A stretch of DNA of 64,000 nucleotides from Camelus dromedarius. Its lineage: Eukaryota. The stretch lies in NCBI RefSeq assembly GCF_036321535.1, contig NC_087436.1, positions 15,438,001 to 15,502,000 on the forward strand, read 5' to 3'. The notes beneath the pieces were generated by a model that did not search any database, was not told where the DNA came from, and was given only the letters and a program-made list of their open reading frames with translations. Shown in pieces: positions 1 through 13,484 of the stretch (position 1 is its first letter; each line of letters opens with the position of its first letter). Made by a program: the position numbers and the translations under genes.

Positions 1-106
1 TCTGCTGGCTTTCCAAATAAAGTCATTATTCCTTAACCCCAACACCTTGTCTCCCGATTTATTGGACTTTCCTGCAGCGAGCGGAACGCGTTTGGACTCA
101 GTAACA
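1..106 (+). mobile_element. 3' end of ERV1 solo LTR (MER34A-like), cut by window edge
   Basis: AATAAA at 16-21, then ...ccccaacaccttgtctcccgatttattgg...tttggactcagtaaca ending in the LTR-terminal CA; resembles the MER34A-type terminus. Confidence 0.65.
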
Positions 107-109
107 AAA

Positions 110-410
110 TCAGGCACTGTTTGCTTTCACTAGGAATGTAAAACGGCACCACCTTTCTGGAGGACGTTCGGCAATGCTACCAAAAGTAAGAAGCACATAT
201 ATACCCTCTGATCCAACAAATCAATTTTTAGGTTACTAGTTATAATGAATAATTTATGATGTGTCAAATATTTAGTTAGAAGAGTGCTTAATTCAGCAGT
301 GCTTTTTTATAGCTAAAGACTAGAAACAACTAAATGTAGTATGTCCACATTGTGAGATTCCATCAAAATAATCTTTGGGAGTAAAACAGTTGACCTGGAA
401 AGATAGTCAA
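110..410 (+). mobile_element. Old L1 (L1ME-like) ORF2 3' fragment
   Basis: Degenerate match to the L1 'ggaatgtaaaa..caccactttgga..ttggca..ataccctatgacccagcaat' block. Confidence 0.55.
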
Positions 411-424
411 GATAAACGCAGTTG

Positions 425-530
425 TTCCATGAATATTTATTCAGTTCCTACTCTGTGCCAGGCACTGGAAACTCTGACACACCCAATAAGGCATGGTCTC
501 TGTGCTCATTTAACTATACAGTCTGATGGA
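425..530 (-). mobile_element. L2 3' end fragment
   Basis: gaatatttattcagttcctactctgtgccaggcactgg resembles the reverse complement of the L2 tail. Confidence 0.6.
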
Positions 531-3351
531 CTGTCTTCTACTGGTAAATAAACAGGTGGCAAGGCACTGTCTGTGTGTGATGACAAACACACACACACGT
601 ACACATGCACACACATATGTACATATAATGTAAATTCTGGAAGGATATAACCCTAAGTGTCAATAGTGCTTTATTTCTGGAAAGTGGGATTTTGTGTGAG
701 TGTGTGTGTTTAACTTTATTTGTTTTGGCATGTCTATATATTCTAAATTTCTACAATGATCAAGTTTCACTGGTATTAATTTTAGCTATTGGGAGGAAAA
801 AGGCTGATCCCTAGAGAGTGCCTGTTTTTTCTTTTTTTTCTTTTTAGCTTTTTAAAATTTATTTCTAATAAGGTACAATCAGAGTGAAATTCTTCTAAAT
901 CCTGATTCAAAGAACTCAAAGACCTCTTCAATTATCCATGTGAATAAAGGCAAGTTAACCAAACTGGATGACCTCAGGATGATAATTGTGCATATTTGTG
1001 ACAATTACACGTCCTTACAAATTCAGATTTGTGAACAATTTCTAGCCCTTGGACTGAGCGGGTGCTTCTATTTCAGGAATTTTGTACTGTTTGCTTTTAC
1101 TAATTTCTTTTTCTTATAAAAAAAATTTGCAGAGTCTTTACAGAAAAATATTTTAAATGCAGATGTGTAAAAAAAAAAGGTAATATCACTCAGCCAGATA
1201 AAAACAACTATTTTAAGTCCTAGATATGTATATATTTCTATATATTTAAGTCCTAGATAGCTATACATTTAAACTAATATCTATGTGCACATATTTGCAA
1301 GTTGGTGTGATTATACTAAGATGGTCTCAAATAGCACATTCTCTGGTTTAAACTGGTTTTTTTTTCTTACTTAATAATAACTACCATTTTAATAACACAT
1401 TTCAACATTAAATATGTTTATTTAACCAATCTGCTAATGGTTAGGTATTTTGTTTGCTTCCAGGTTTCAGAGTTACAAACAGTGGATAATCTTTTAACTG
1501 AACATTTGAGCAAATCCTTGATTTTTGTCTTTCAGTTGAAATCCCAGAAGTGGAAATCCTGGCTCAAAGGGCATGCATACCTGCAGTGGTCTCCCAAAAA
1601 GCTGTACCAACTTACACTCCCAACAATCAGTACAGGAATGAAAGTGATGCAGTTTCTACATGCTCACTGACATTGCTGACCAACAACGAAGTTTTTAACT
1701 TGTTCTTGGACTCTCTAGAATTTCACTTTTCATTAAAAAAAAAAAGAGAGAAAAAATGATGCTCACAGCAGATCAAAACAGAGAAATTATCTGGCTGTCA
1801 GTTAAATTAGAAATTTTACTTTGTCAATTTCACTTTAATTGTGGAATTTAGTCAGACCCATTAAGGCAAACAAAAAATCATCTCTGTAGGACTCTGTTCA
1901 ATTCAATGATCTTTAGACAATTACTGTGAATTCATGTCTGACATCTCCAAATCTTGATCCTACAGACAGATTGGTCTCCCCACCAAGAACTCCAAAGCTA
2001 AGACCGAGGTGGCCTTTTCACAGTAACTACCTCATGGGGCCACGTGGGAGTAAATGAGATGATGCAGGCTTCATGCACCTGCTTAAGGTAAATGCTGCAG
2101 CCCAGTGCTCAGCACATGTTAAATGGGCCAGAAGTGTTGTTTACTACTGGTATTCTATTACAAGTAACGCAAATTCAACATGATGTCATGAGGACTTAAA
2201 TACCAGTTATTTCAATCCTCTTTTATTTTTACAAATGAGGAAATGGGTTCACACAATTAGGCCTAGAACTCAGGCCTCCTTGATGCCTGTCTGATACTGT
2301 TTCTCTAACACTATCTTGTCTGTTGGTGGGTTTTCTCTGCACTGAGTGAAGGCTGGAGGAGGCACCTTAATTCACGCAATTACACTTAATCAGAGCAATC
2401 TGCAATTTGATATTTAAGTCTACGTGCTCAAAATATACTTGGCTTATAGGTATCTGCCTGGGTAAATAGTAATTCTCTAAAGCAGATATTTTAAGTTGCA
2501 GGCGAAAAGCAAATGGGTTTATATCCACCTCAGAGGATGATGAATGATTGATGATAAATCTCTCCTCTGATCGAAGGTTTCTGATTGCATTAGACAGAGG
2601 GCATGAAGACTAATCAAAAATGCTCGTACATTCATCACCGTTGATTGTGCATAATCCACTGCTGAAGGTACCAGTGTGGCACCTTCTCTAAAATGACAGA
2701 GGAAACAGATGAATTTCCATTCAGAACTCCCAGAGGCTATCTGTCTTGATTTCAGGGTAAATGGGCTTTCCCTAATAATCTAAATCACAAACAGAATGAC
2801 AGTGCAAAAACCCTGGACCACATTTTACTATTCTATCTGAGCAGGGGCTGGTCAGGTCTGGTCACATGCTACATGATCAATAAATAATTACAGATAGATT
2901 GGTAAACAGGTCTATGGGCATACTTTAGGGATTTTCAAAACTAATTTTTCTAGACGCCTACATATTTAGAAGTCAAAATGTGTGTTCCAGTGAGCTAAAG
3001 GAAATACATCCTGTATCCCACCAAAAACAGACCTTAAGCTGCTTCTCTCATATATGTACTCTAGCCCTATAGTGAGTGGCTTGTACTGAACTCTCCTCAC
3101 CCTTTCGGGGCCACAGTTATCATGGGAGAGTCAGCAGTGTTGCATTCATCCAGGAGAACATCCCTGATAGGGGCTTTCGAACAAGGAAAGACAGGTCATT
3201 TGCATCTCTGTCCTCTAAAGAAACCTCCACTAACTGCACATTGACAATCTCAAATACATGCTCCTGGGCTGAAAAGGGAAGGATGGGAGGAGGCTGACGG
3301 TCAATATGGGGTCTCCTACTTCTCAGGAAATATGCCCCCTACCCTCAGCGT

Positions 3352-3379
3352 GCACACACAAACACACACACACACACAC
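3352..3379. repeat. (CA)n microsatellite, one interruption
   Basis: Directly visible CA run. Confidence 0.9.
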
Positions 3380-4227
3380 TCCACCCCTATCCCAGAAAGC
3401 CACCACCACCAGCCTCCTCTCTGACCTGATTTAGGAGTTAGAATCCTTACCTAGTGGAAGGGAGGAGAATCCACCCATAATGCCACCTGAACTCACCTCA
3501 GTGCTTAAGGTGTTTGTACCTATCCTCCCCCAGGAGGCCCCCGTGACACGTCTGCAGTGGGGCAGCCAGGGGAGTAGGGAAAGGAACACTACCTGGTCTA
3601 TGGAACCTGCACAACAGGGGGCAAGTTTGGAGACCTGGCTTAAAACTCAAAATTCTGTGAGATGAAGATACTTGTCATACGAACTTTTGATCTGCTTGAT
3701 GTATGAAGGGTCAGAAAAATGAAAATGGATTAGAAATGACATAATCTGCATTAATAGCAAGGGAGAGAGTTCTGAAATGAATAGTAACTCAACACAGCAA
3801 CTATAAACTTAAGACGGGAAAGGGATAAAATAATGAGACTGAGCTTGAAAAGTCACCTTAGTTTAAGCAATAAAAGGACAAAGCCAAGGAAAGATACAGA
3901 CCAAACAATACCAAAATTGTTATGCTGCTGCTCAGCCTCTGCTTTCTGAGAAACAATCCACTATCAGCATCGAATTAAGCAACGCCACACATCCACACAC
4001 TCCATGTTCCTTCTATGTGAGTTACCACCAAGTGAAATTTACATTTTCTAACTTGTATATTCCTCTGTCGCTTTTTAAAAAATTCTTGCCTTTCTTAAAC
4101 CTCATTCCCTTCTTTACACATCTCTCACTGGGCCCTGGAGATCCAGCTTCTGGCCCAGAATCTATCCCTGTAGATATCAATGTAATTTATGTAATTATGT
4201 AAGTATCAGTAGGCCTCCATTTTCCCA

Positions 4228-4340
4228 TAAATTTACTCAACAAATTCCACTCTGCACCAGGTTCTGTGCCAAGTACAAGGCATACAACATGGAACAAGTC
4301 AAACATGGTCCCTGTTCTTAAGGAGCTCAGAGTCTAAAAA
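4228..4340 (-). mobile_element. L2 3' end fragment
   Basis: atttactcaacaaa...ctgtgccaagtac...atggtccctgttcttaaggagctcagagtcta. Confidence 0.6.
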
Positions 4341-5188
4341 AACGAAGGTTCGATATGAAATCAACAATCCCTTCAAGGTCTCAAGTGTTTGACTTTCCCT
4401 TTCTCCCTCTTTCTTCTGATTCTCAAGGCACAAACTTCAACTTTTTCATTTCCATCTTCAGTCACCTTTAACATCCACCACCTACCCACAACAGGCAGTG
4501 CCATATGAAACTTGTATTCTCTAATGCAGGGATTTAGCCAGACTGGTTCACAGGGCAAGGAGGAGGAAAATGCAGCAGAGAGATTCTATAAAAATCAAGG
4601 CCTCAGAAAAACGTAGAGCAGCACTGTGTTCAATAGACACAAAATGTGAGTAAAGGTAACTGGTGGGGAGACAAACAACAGAGAAGAGGAGAAAGCGTGA
4701 CTGGCTCCTCCTCCTCTGAAATTGGAAACCTGACCCCCTGAAAGTCTGCTCCTGGGTCATTCAATCCTGATTGCTTAATGAAAGTGTACAAATCAGCAGA
4801 TATTACGCCTGAGTGTTCCAAATGTCCCTAACTATGACCAAGTACACAAAGGCCTTAAAAAAATCACACTTCACCTTATTGAAAGGGTTCCTGGCACATC
4901 AGTAATTAAAACACCTCAGCTCCCAACCACATTAGAAACATGATAATTATCTTCGTACAAAATTTGCTTTATAACACTTGAAAGGCTTCAAACCCTAGGA
5001 TGACAACAGAATATAAACAAAAAGACCACGCATTCAGTCTCCTGCCCATGACTATGTTGCTGCAGCTCAATGTTAAGAGCTCCCTCCTTTGGGAATAATA
5101 AGCGTTGACAGTCCCCAGAATCAAACGCATGATTATCATATTATGGTTATAATTATATTAGCAGCACCTCGTTTTTCTTGACTCATCA

Positions 5189-5343
5189 CTATGCACCATG
5201 CCTGTACTAAGTGCTTTGTTACATATCCAGGCTCAGAGAGACTGAGTAACTTGCCAGAGGTCACCCAGCCAGGATGTGTCAGAGCAGTGAATCGAACCCA
5301 GATCTGCCTGGCTCCCAGACCTGTACTGCTCATCACTACACTG
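5189..5343 (-). mobile_element. MIR SINE
   Basis: gaggctcagagag..gtaacttgcc.aggtcac....gaacccagatctgcctggctcc matches the antisense MIR core. Confidence 0.75.
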
Positions 5344-6144
5344 CCAGCAAATGGGTAACGTCCAAAGCCGGCAGGGGGTAGGGAAGAGAAGGAGCTGGCA
5401 ACTGCAAACATCCTTCTCCTCCCAAAGTGTAATTTACAAGGTTGAAAACCGTTAGAACTGCAGAGATTGAATGCTGAACCATTAGAGAAGCCCAAACAGA
5501 ATTCCAAAGAATTCCCCAAACAGAGATCAAAAAACCTGCCGTCTCGCCCAAGGCTGGTAAAATTTGAACAAAGAGAAATGGCAAGGCTGTGGTGTGAGGA
5601 AAAAGTGATTCATAGGGAGGATCCCTCCCTGAGGACAGACAGTGGGGCCACAAGTTAACTGATGAACACAGACTGCAGGCCTACTGTGTGCCGGCTGCCA
5701 AGCCGCTGCCCTGGTTATGGCCTCTAGGCTCCACATGCCGGAGAGAAATGACGAACCCCTAAATGAGGAAGAGAACGGGGTACCAACCCGCAAAGGGAAA
5801 TGAGCAGGACTGATGGAAACATCTGCCCCCAGTGCTCCTGACCGTAGGTGCAGACTGCTCAGTCTGCGAGCCCTTCCAGCCCAGCACCTAGCGCAGCTGT
5901 GATGGTGAGAACAGTGCCGCTCTCGAAACACTGAGCTTTAACTATTTCTTTTCAATCACAGAAAACTCACAATCTTTCCTAGAAGCTCTTTTCCATGAGA
6001 TGGGAAAATGAGAAGCTACCCTGGTTCTAAAGCACTGGGGAAAAACACACAGCCCCAGCCCCTCAGAGAATAAGAAGGGGCCAGCACTATCCATCGAGTG
6101 TCTTGCCTCATCTGTGAAGAACTCACAAGTAAAAAACACATCAT

Positions 6145-6308
6145 GGCCCAGCGGAGTCAAATAAATCTAGCTTCAAATCCCAGCTCCTCCACCTCCTTAG
6201 TCAATAACTTGAGGCATAGTATTTAACCTCTTTCGGCCCCAATTTCCTCAGTTTCAAAACAGGGATAACAACCTCCATCTTACTGGTATCTTGTGGGCAT
6301 TACCTGAG
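6145..6308 (+). mobile_element. MIR SINE
   Basis: ttcaaatcccagctc...tatttaacctct....caatttcctcagtttcaaaacagggataa matches the MIR core. Confidence 0.7.
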
Positions 6309-8689
6309 GGTGGGTTTTTCACCCCACTGGGGTGCTTGCCCTGCCCACGGCCCCTTCTACAGGAAATTGATAACATTCCCAACCACTGTTTGGGGGCGGC
6401 CCTCGGCAATGCTTTTCTGTAAATACACACACACACACCCCAACCTGCTAATTATATGGAACAGAATCCAATAGAGCCAAGGATGATCTAAAAGCAACTA
6501 ATCCCAAGGCTGGCCATCAACCTGTGACACGATTTAATCCCAGCAACGGTGGTGAATTCGCTCAGCCACTCAAATTGTTTCGGAGATTTCAACTAGGAAG
6601 TGAATCCAGCTGTCAGCAGGGAGTGCAGCCCACCTATCCCCAAGACAGAACAGCAACTGGGAGAGGAGCTGGGTTAGCAGCGAGGGCAGACGCCCAGGAC
6701 GGCGGTCCCCAACCCCTCAGCTGAGGCCCCCGGAACCAGTGGGGATCCAGGCATCTTCTAATTCCAGCCTCCAGGTGTTCAGCTCCCTGCCCTTCCTTAA
6801 GCCTGGCTGGTCCTTTCTCCTAGGATCTAACAGTAAACTTCCGATGACCCCAGGTTCCTTGTAAGCCATGAGAAGGCAGGTAAGGACGTCCACTCATCTG
6901 TGAAAGAGGCAGAGGGGCAGAGAATCAGTCACCAGACTGTTTGGCAGGACCTCACTGAACAGACAGGGGGAGAGAGGACAGGATCCATCCAGCAAAGAAA
7001 GGCTCAGGGTGCCTTTCAGAGATCCAGGCTCACCAAGAAAACAGTCAGGAAGGGGACCCCTGTTACGATAGGTATTTGATGTCTTCAAGAAGTTCCATGA
7101 AGTGAAACACCGAGTCGAGTCCCAAGGCCCTCGCTCCTTTGTCACCACTGGGGCCTCTGTTGAGAGGGGAAAAATAATACTCTAATGCTTCTTGAGGTTG
7201 AAATGAAGACAGATGTTCCTGGTTTTCTCTTTGGGATAAGTTTTCATTAAGGAATGAAAAAACAAAGCAAACAATCCAAGCCCCCTCAAAACAAAAGCAG
7301 CAAAACAAAACAAAGAAACTTAAGTCAAAGCCTCCCTCTTCTCCCTACCCAAATACATAACTTAGAAAATGACAGTCAAAACAACCAGCCGCATCAATCA
7401 CGCAGGAGTCATTACACGGAGCCTTTCCCGACCCCCGCCTCCTCCAGCTAGGCCTCCGGTCCCATGCCAGCTTTTCTGGAGCACCTTTGGGGTCCCTTTC
7501 CATTTATCATTCATTTTATTATCTGGCTTTGTGCAACCCAATTTGTTCCACTTCATGTTTCTGGTTGAAATATGTGAGTTCTGTATTTCAACAGAACGGA
7601 CAATGGGCTTCAGCAGACGCCCTCGGTGTACATTTCACAGCTACCTGCTTCAGGGCTTCTCTCGAATCTGCAAATAACACAGAAAACTTGTTGGCTGTGT
7701 GTTTAAGAGGCAGCAGACAGGTACTGCTGCACAAATCAGATCTGGGGAGGGAGTCGGGGGTACCCCAACAGGCCAAAGGATAATTTATCTAGATTGACTT
7801 TTCCTTAGACCACTACTCAGTTGAGCTGGAGAATTGTTCCTGTTAGCTTTTCTTTCAGCCACCAAAAGGACAAGGCTCAAAGCAGCTGCTGTCTTGACAA
7901 AGTATTCACTTCTCACAGGGGTGGGAGTGAGCAGAGAAACTCAGATCTGAAGCCGCTGGCCTGGGTCCATCCTATATGTTATGAGAAATGCCTGAGATAA
8001 CATTTTGGTTCTGTTCCAAGCTCCACGGTTTCTGTTCTATTCTCTCGGTGCAGAGGATTCAGTGCCTTCCTGGCACTAAGTGGCAACAGCTCAAGGTGAC
8101 GAGCAGTGAATCACAGCAAACTTCATTGAGTGTTTTCTTGCAGCCTATAAATAAAATCAGAATCTCTGAAACTAGTAAACCATCTGCAGCCTGAACACCT
8201 CAAGGTTATTCATCTCTAAACCTCTCTGGGAAGGATAAAAACATCATCCAGAGAAACGTGGTTTCTGATGAACGAAATTTCTTAATGCATGAAAATCCAC
8301 GTTTTAATTGTCCAAGGCATTATACTAAAAGCTTTGCAGACCTTTAACTTCTCACTCCCTATGTTACCCCAAAAAAGCTCATTTTCCAGCAGGGTTTGAA
8401 AAATAACAGAGGTGAGCTGCAAAACACCAGATTCGAGGAAAAGCTAGGGTTCGTCATTATTTTTATATGATGAAGTGGATAAAATGGGCTGAATAGATCG
8501 AATTCCTCCTTACGCCACAAAGAAACTTTAAAACATCAGTGCCACAAAAAGCAAATAACATTTTAGGAACTGGGTAACTTTAAGTGGGGATTTTCAACAT
8601 GTTTGGAGTATCTGCCAGGGTCCCCCCTTCTCTGCTCCCCAAGACCTCCAGTTCAAGGTGGGGACCTGCTGCCATTCTGGCCTCACGTG

Positions 8690-9025
8690 GGCCTGGCTGC
8701 CCTGCCTTCTGCCTTTGCTGACTGGGCTGAGCCAATCAAATTTCTCCCCTTGGAATTTAAATCAGAACTAGAGATGCTAAATGGATTTCTCCAGTTGCTG
8801 CAATCGCTGGGACGTGACGCAGGAGGTACAAAGAGCCCGGGTTAGCTACGCGGAATGAACGCCAATTCAGCAAGGGAAGGAAAGCAAATGGAAGAAAGTG
8901 CTGAGCTGGCATCCCAGACCCTGCTCTGAGGGTAGGCTGAGCCCAGGTTCCTTAAGATACCAGGATCCTTTCCATAAAGTTCCCTTTTTATTTAATCTGG
9001 TGGAGGTTTTCTGTTAATTTCAGCC
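8690..9025 (+). mobile_element. Degenerate ERVL-type LTR (LTR16-like)
   Basis: gccaatcaaatttctcccttggaattt...gaactagaga, plus 3' 'ccataaagttccctttttatttaatctgg..ggttttctgtta'. Confidence 0.4.
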
Positions 9026-9963
9026 TGTTTCAGTCAGGGCTAGGGCTGGGGCAGCCCAGGTGTGGAGTGAGAGCTAAATAATACCAGAATGATCACTTGG
9101 GCAAGTGAAAATAAGACCATCATCAAAACTCAGAGTCAGAAAACCAACTGTGATCACAAAAGATGGAGTGACATACTGTTTGAGAATTTGATTCCTATTT
9201 CTGTCCTGTATTTATTACAGCCTCTCAGTTCAAAATCAAAGGGCCTCAAGCTTCTACGTGTCAGACAGGTAACCCTTCCCTCCCCAGGTCGTTTCTTGCA
9301 GTCCTCCCTGCCCCGGGCTGCACTGACACACAGCAGTATCTCTAGCATCTTCCCTCGAGTGTTAATTTGCTCATATTAAGCTCCATCATGAAAGCCTGCA
9401 GTGGCTTCCAACTGCTTGACGTGCCAAATGAAAACACCCGGTAAAGTGTTGCATCCATTAGTTCCACATTATCTGGCCACTGTCATAACCCATTACGCCT
9501 AAACTCGCAGCCAGTCATAGAGTCAGCTCTCTTGTTCATCACCCACTGTCACAGGACTCCTCCTCCACGCTAACAGTGAGGCCTTCTCAGAACTGAGTCA
9601 AGAGAAGGGATCCCAGAGTCTGGACACTTCACCATCGGTCATGGCTCTTCTATTAACCAGTTATCTTTTAATTCCTGATCTCTTCTCTATAAAACAAAGA
9701 TGCTGGGACTTGACCCCACCAGCTTTTAGCTTTTTTTTCTGCCTCAACACATCTAAGAGGTGTGGTGAGAACACAAGAAAAATTACACAGTAACAAAGAA
9801 ACAAGATAAAACATGTCATATTAACTGAGGAGACTATCCAGAAAGAGGCTGCTGCAGGCTTGGCTGGCATTGCAGCAGAGGGAGAAGCTGAGCTAAGCCA
9901 AGGAGAGGCAGGGCAGGGGTCAGTGGAATGACACGTGCTCATGTCACTTGACCTTTCACTTAC

Positions 9964-10031
9964 TTTTGGGTTGGCTGTTGACAAATGGTACTAATAAACC
10001 TTTAGGAAAAAACATGTATTAATAGATTGTA
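9964..10031 (-). other. Candidate internal exon (68 nt; alternative 36-nt form 9964-9999)
   Basis: Minus strand: ctctcttcttttccag| acceptor and AAA|gtaagt donor; second acceptor ttttttcctaaag| at 10000. Confidence 0.3.
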
Positions 10032-10577
10032 CTGGAAAAGAAGAGAGGAACTGTTCCAAAAAATCTGTCAAACAATTATCGAGAAAGGTTTCTCTAAGGC
10101 AAAGGACGGTGCTAAAAGTGGAACCAGAAATGCATGGACGTGGTCCACCTGCCACTGTCCTCTCTGCCTTGCTCACACTGCACTCCCAAACCTAAGAGCG
10201 CCCCGCTGAATGCTCAATAAACACCTAGTGCAAGAATTCATAAATACAGCCCCTGCCTTTAAGGACTTAACAATTTGTTTTAATGGAGAATAAAAGAGAG
10301 AGAATATGTTGTCCTTTCCCTTCAGGAACACTAATAAATATAGCATTAATTTCCCTTCAAGGCAGCCCTCCTAGGATAATAGAGGGAAGAAGGTAAACCT
10401 CATGCAATAACCATTTTATACAATAAATGATCAAATCTCACCATGTTAGCAAGTAAACAAATCTGTCACTTGCCTCATTCTCTGTGCTGACACATTAGCC
10501 AAGAATGAGCCTTTTAATAGAAAGGAATAAGCCACTCCAGCATGGTGAAGCCCAGATCCAGCTAATACCCTGATACA

Positions 10578-10750
10578 CAGTCAGCCCTCCATATCATCAG
10601 TCCGCAGTTGGTCAAATCTGCCGATGCCGAACCTGATTCAGAGGGTCGACTGTGCCATGGCCATTTTATAAAAGGGACTTATGCATCCATGGGTTTTGGT
10701 ATCCATGGGGGCCTGGAATTGGCCCCCTACAGATACCAAGGGACAACAGT
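10578..10750. mobile_element. MER2-like TcMar-Tigger MITE (internally deleted)
   Basis: Starts cagtcagccctccatatc; ends ggttttggtatccatggggg..ctggaa...cccctacagataccaagggacaacagta. Confidence 0.75.
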
Positions 10751-13084
10751 ATATATTAATTTGCTTCAAAATGCCACTTCCTCTTAAGTTGATTTTCCCC
10801 TCCAACTGCCTCAACCACAGGCAATGGTGTCACGTGCACCAGATCCATGCAGTCCAAATGACAAACAGTCCCCTTAAACCAAATGCATTTCCATAGCAAC
10901 AAAAGGACTACATTAGCCGTTCTCTACCTGCCATGCCCCATCAATTATTTAACATGCCTCTACCACAGCGATACTGCATAAATGATCATGTTCATTAGCG
11001 GCAAGAGTCAGCTCTGAGAAAACCACAAATGCCAGACAGCTAAACTGAGCACAAACCAAACACATACACACACACCCCTTGATGGTGATGTTAGATATCC
11101 CAGCGCAAAGGGAAGGAGGGAAAACTAAATGTTCTTCATTCTAAGCTTCCACTTTAGAATTACATGAGCACACGAATCTCACAATTATTTTCTTTTAACA
11201 AAGGGAAACACATCAATTGATTTTATATAATATAACACATGCTATCAAAAGTTGCTGGGAACAGGAGGATATGACGAGATCAGAGAGCCAACGGAGGAAA
11301 TTCGTCTTAAACTTGTTTTCTAGTTTTGGTTTTGGTTTTGGTTCTGTCCCATTTTCTGGCTTATTTCTCATTAGGAGAGCAGGCAGGGGACTGGAAAATT
11401 GGATACTGAAGGGAGTGTACGTCACCTAGCAGCCAGCCATGACCGTCCTTTCACTCAACCTGGTTAAATCTCCACGGACTTCCCCCGGGAAGACTCCTGA
11501 ACAGAAAACGACGGAGGACCTCCACCCAGTTCTGGGAGAAAGGAGAGAGTCTCTCATCAAGAATAACCAGAGACTGAGTTCGTGCAGGACTCCTGCAATT
11601 CACGTTGGGACACACCTCAAACCCTTAAGGCCAATGCAGTCAGATCCAACACTGCTATCTTAAACCAACTGGTGAGTTTAATCCAGATAGGGCTTGGTTA
11701 GGGTGGCCCCTGTGTCTTGTGTCCACAATGAACCACTGACAGGATCAGCACTGAAGGCTGGAAGCAGCACTGTGGCCAGAATGGAGGCTAAATGACTCTT
11801 TGACTCGCTTTGTTGTGCTCTTTCTTGACATCTCTCAGAAAGAGAGAAAAAGGGGACAGCCCTCTGAAAGATTCTGATTTATTTATAATAAGCCATGGTC
11901 TGCTAACGAGAGCATCACACAGACAAGAGTTCATATTTGGTTAAAAATAACTGACATGGCCCAGAAAGGGAATCTCTAATTACTGACAAATGAGAAAGCA
12001 TGTATAAAATTTCGAAGAACCCATTCACACACAGACTTCCTATGATATTCTTCTACATACAGTCCTCTTGTCTTTCCGCTTTGCCAAAATCTAGCTTGAC
12101 ACAAGCTGCAGCTATCAAACTTTGATTACACGCTGCAGGACTTAACAATTCATGAAAACGGCAGTGTTCCAGTACAGTAGTCTTTCCACCACATATATTA
12201 ATTTTTATTCTTGTAAACACAAGAAAACCTCTTAAAAGATTATGATGCACAATGATTTCAAAGTTTTGAGAACATGGGAAAAAAATTAAATATTCACCCC
12301 AAATATTTGTTTTTCCCTTAAAACTCTATCTTCCCCAAGAAAAGCATCACAAAGACCGGAAATGATGTCTAGGGCAGCCACCACAAATCGCTCCTGTAAG
12401 TGGATAAACTATCAAGTATAGAAGCTAAGAATGTAGAAATACTTCAGACAGTAGTACACTTTTACTTACATAACCACAGAAAATAAGAACATGTGCCTTG
12501 GGGATCATGTACACAACTAAATGCCTTGCTGATTACCATACAAAGAAGCTTAAGACAGATGACCTCTCACATCTGACAGTACACAGGACATGAGTTATGA
12601 CCTCTGTTTTGTTTCCATAATTGAGTGGTTGCCTTTAGACAACTGGTCAAATATCTGCCTCTCATTTTCAACAACATGACATGCATGCAAATGCATGTTT
12701 ACAACATCTTAGGGACCCATGGAGAATAGTATGTTCTAAGAAAGTCCTTTTGAAGGTTTCAGTCTTTCTACTTCTCTACTCTAGTAACTTTGGTTGATGA
12801 TATATAATAGAAGCCATCTATAAATGACATTTAGATGCAAGTGAATTTTCTTCTCCCAGCTGATGAGGACTTCACAGTGTTGGTCAGAGGACTCACTCTA
12901 CCTTCTGGCCAATAGCAGGCACTCTCATTCGTCACAGAACTAAACATCAGAATCTACTATGTAAAGGTAAACAGTAACGTTGCACTTGTACATATCTGCA
13001 TTGAATTTTGTTTATAAATTAATTCTGCCACTTATAACTTAAATAATTGAAGATTCAACAACAGAAGTAATATGCATCATAATG

Positions 13085-13432
13085 TTTTTAACTGAAGTAT
13101 AGTTGTTGTATAATATTATATGTTACAGGTGTAGAATAAAGTGATTCACAATTTTTAAATTATACTCCATTTATAGTTATTATAAAATATTCCACATTGC
13201 ACAATATATCCTTGTGGCTTATTTCATACATAATAGTTCGTACCTGCCAATTCCCTACTCCTATACTGCCCCACCCTCTTCCCTCTCCCCACTGGTAACC
13301 ACTAATTTGTTCTCTATATCTGTGAGTCTGTTTCTTTTTTGCTATATTCACTAGCTTGTATTTTTTTTAGATTCCACACATAAGTCATATCATACAGTTT
13401 TTGTCTTTCTCTGTTTGACTTATTTCACCTAG
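13085..13432 (-). mobile_element. 5'-truncated L1 3' end (cetartiodactyl type)
   Basis: ttaactgaagtatagttg..tataatattatatgttacaggtgta...ccccactggtaaccac...ttagattccacacataag...ttgacttatttcac. Confidence 0.85.
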
Positions 13433-13484
13433 CAACAATATTGTTATTAACACTGAGAAATTATAAACTTCAAAATTCCCGACA

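Noticed and set aside
2530..2584. C/D snoRNA-like boxes (ATGATGA...CTGA) with a tcagagga/tcctctga stem
   Set aside because: Box spacing is too short, there is no recognisable guide, and it is on the strand opposite the inferred host.
7485..7667. Strong minus-strand acceptor ttttctgtgttatttgcag
   Set aside because: Only weak donors follow, and all frames close.
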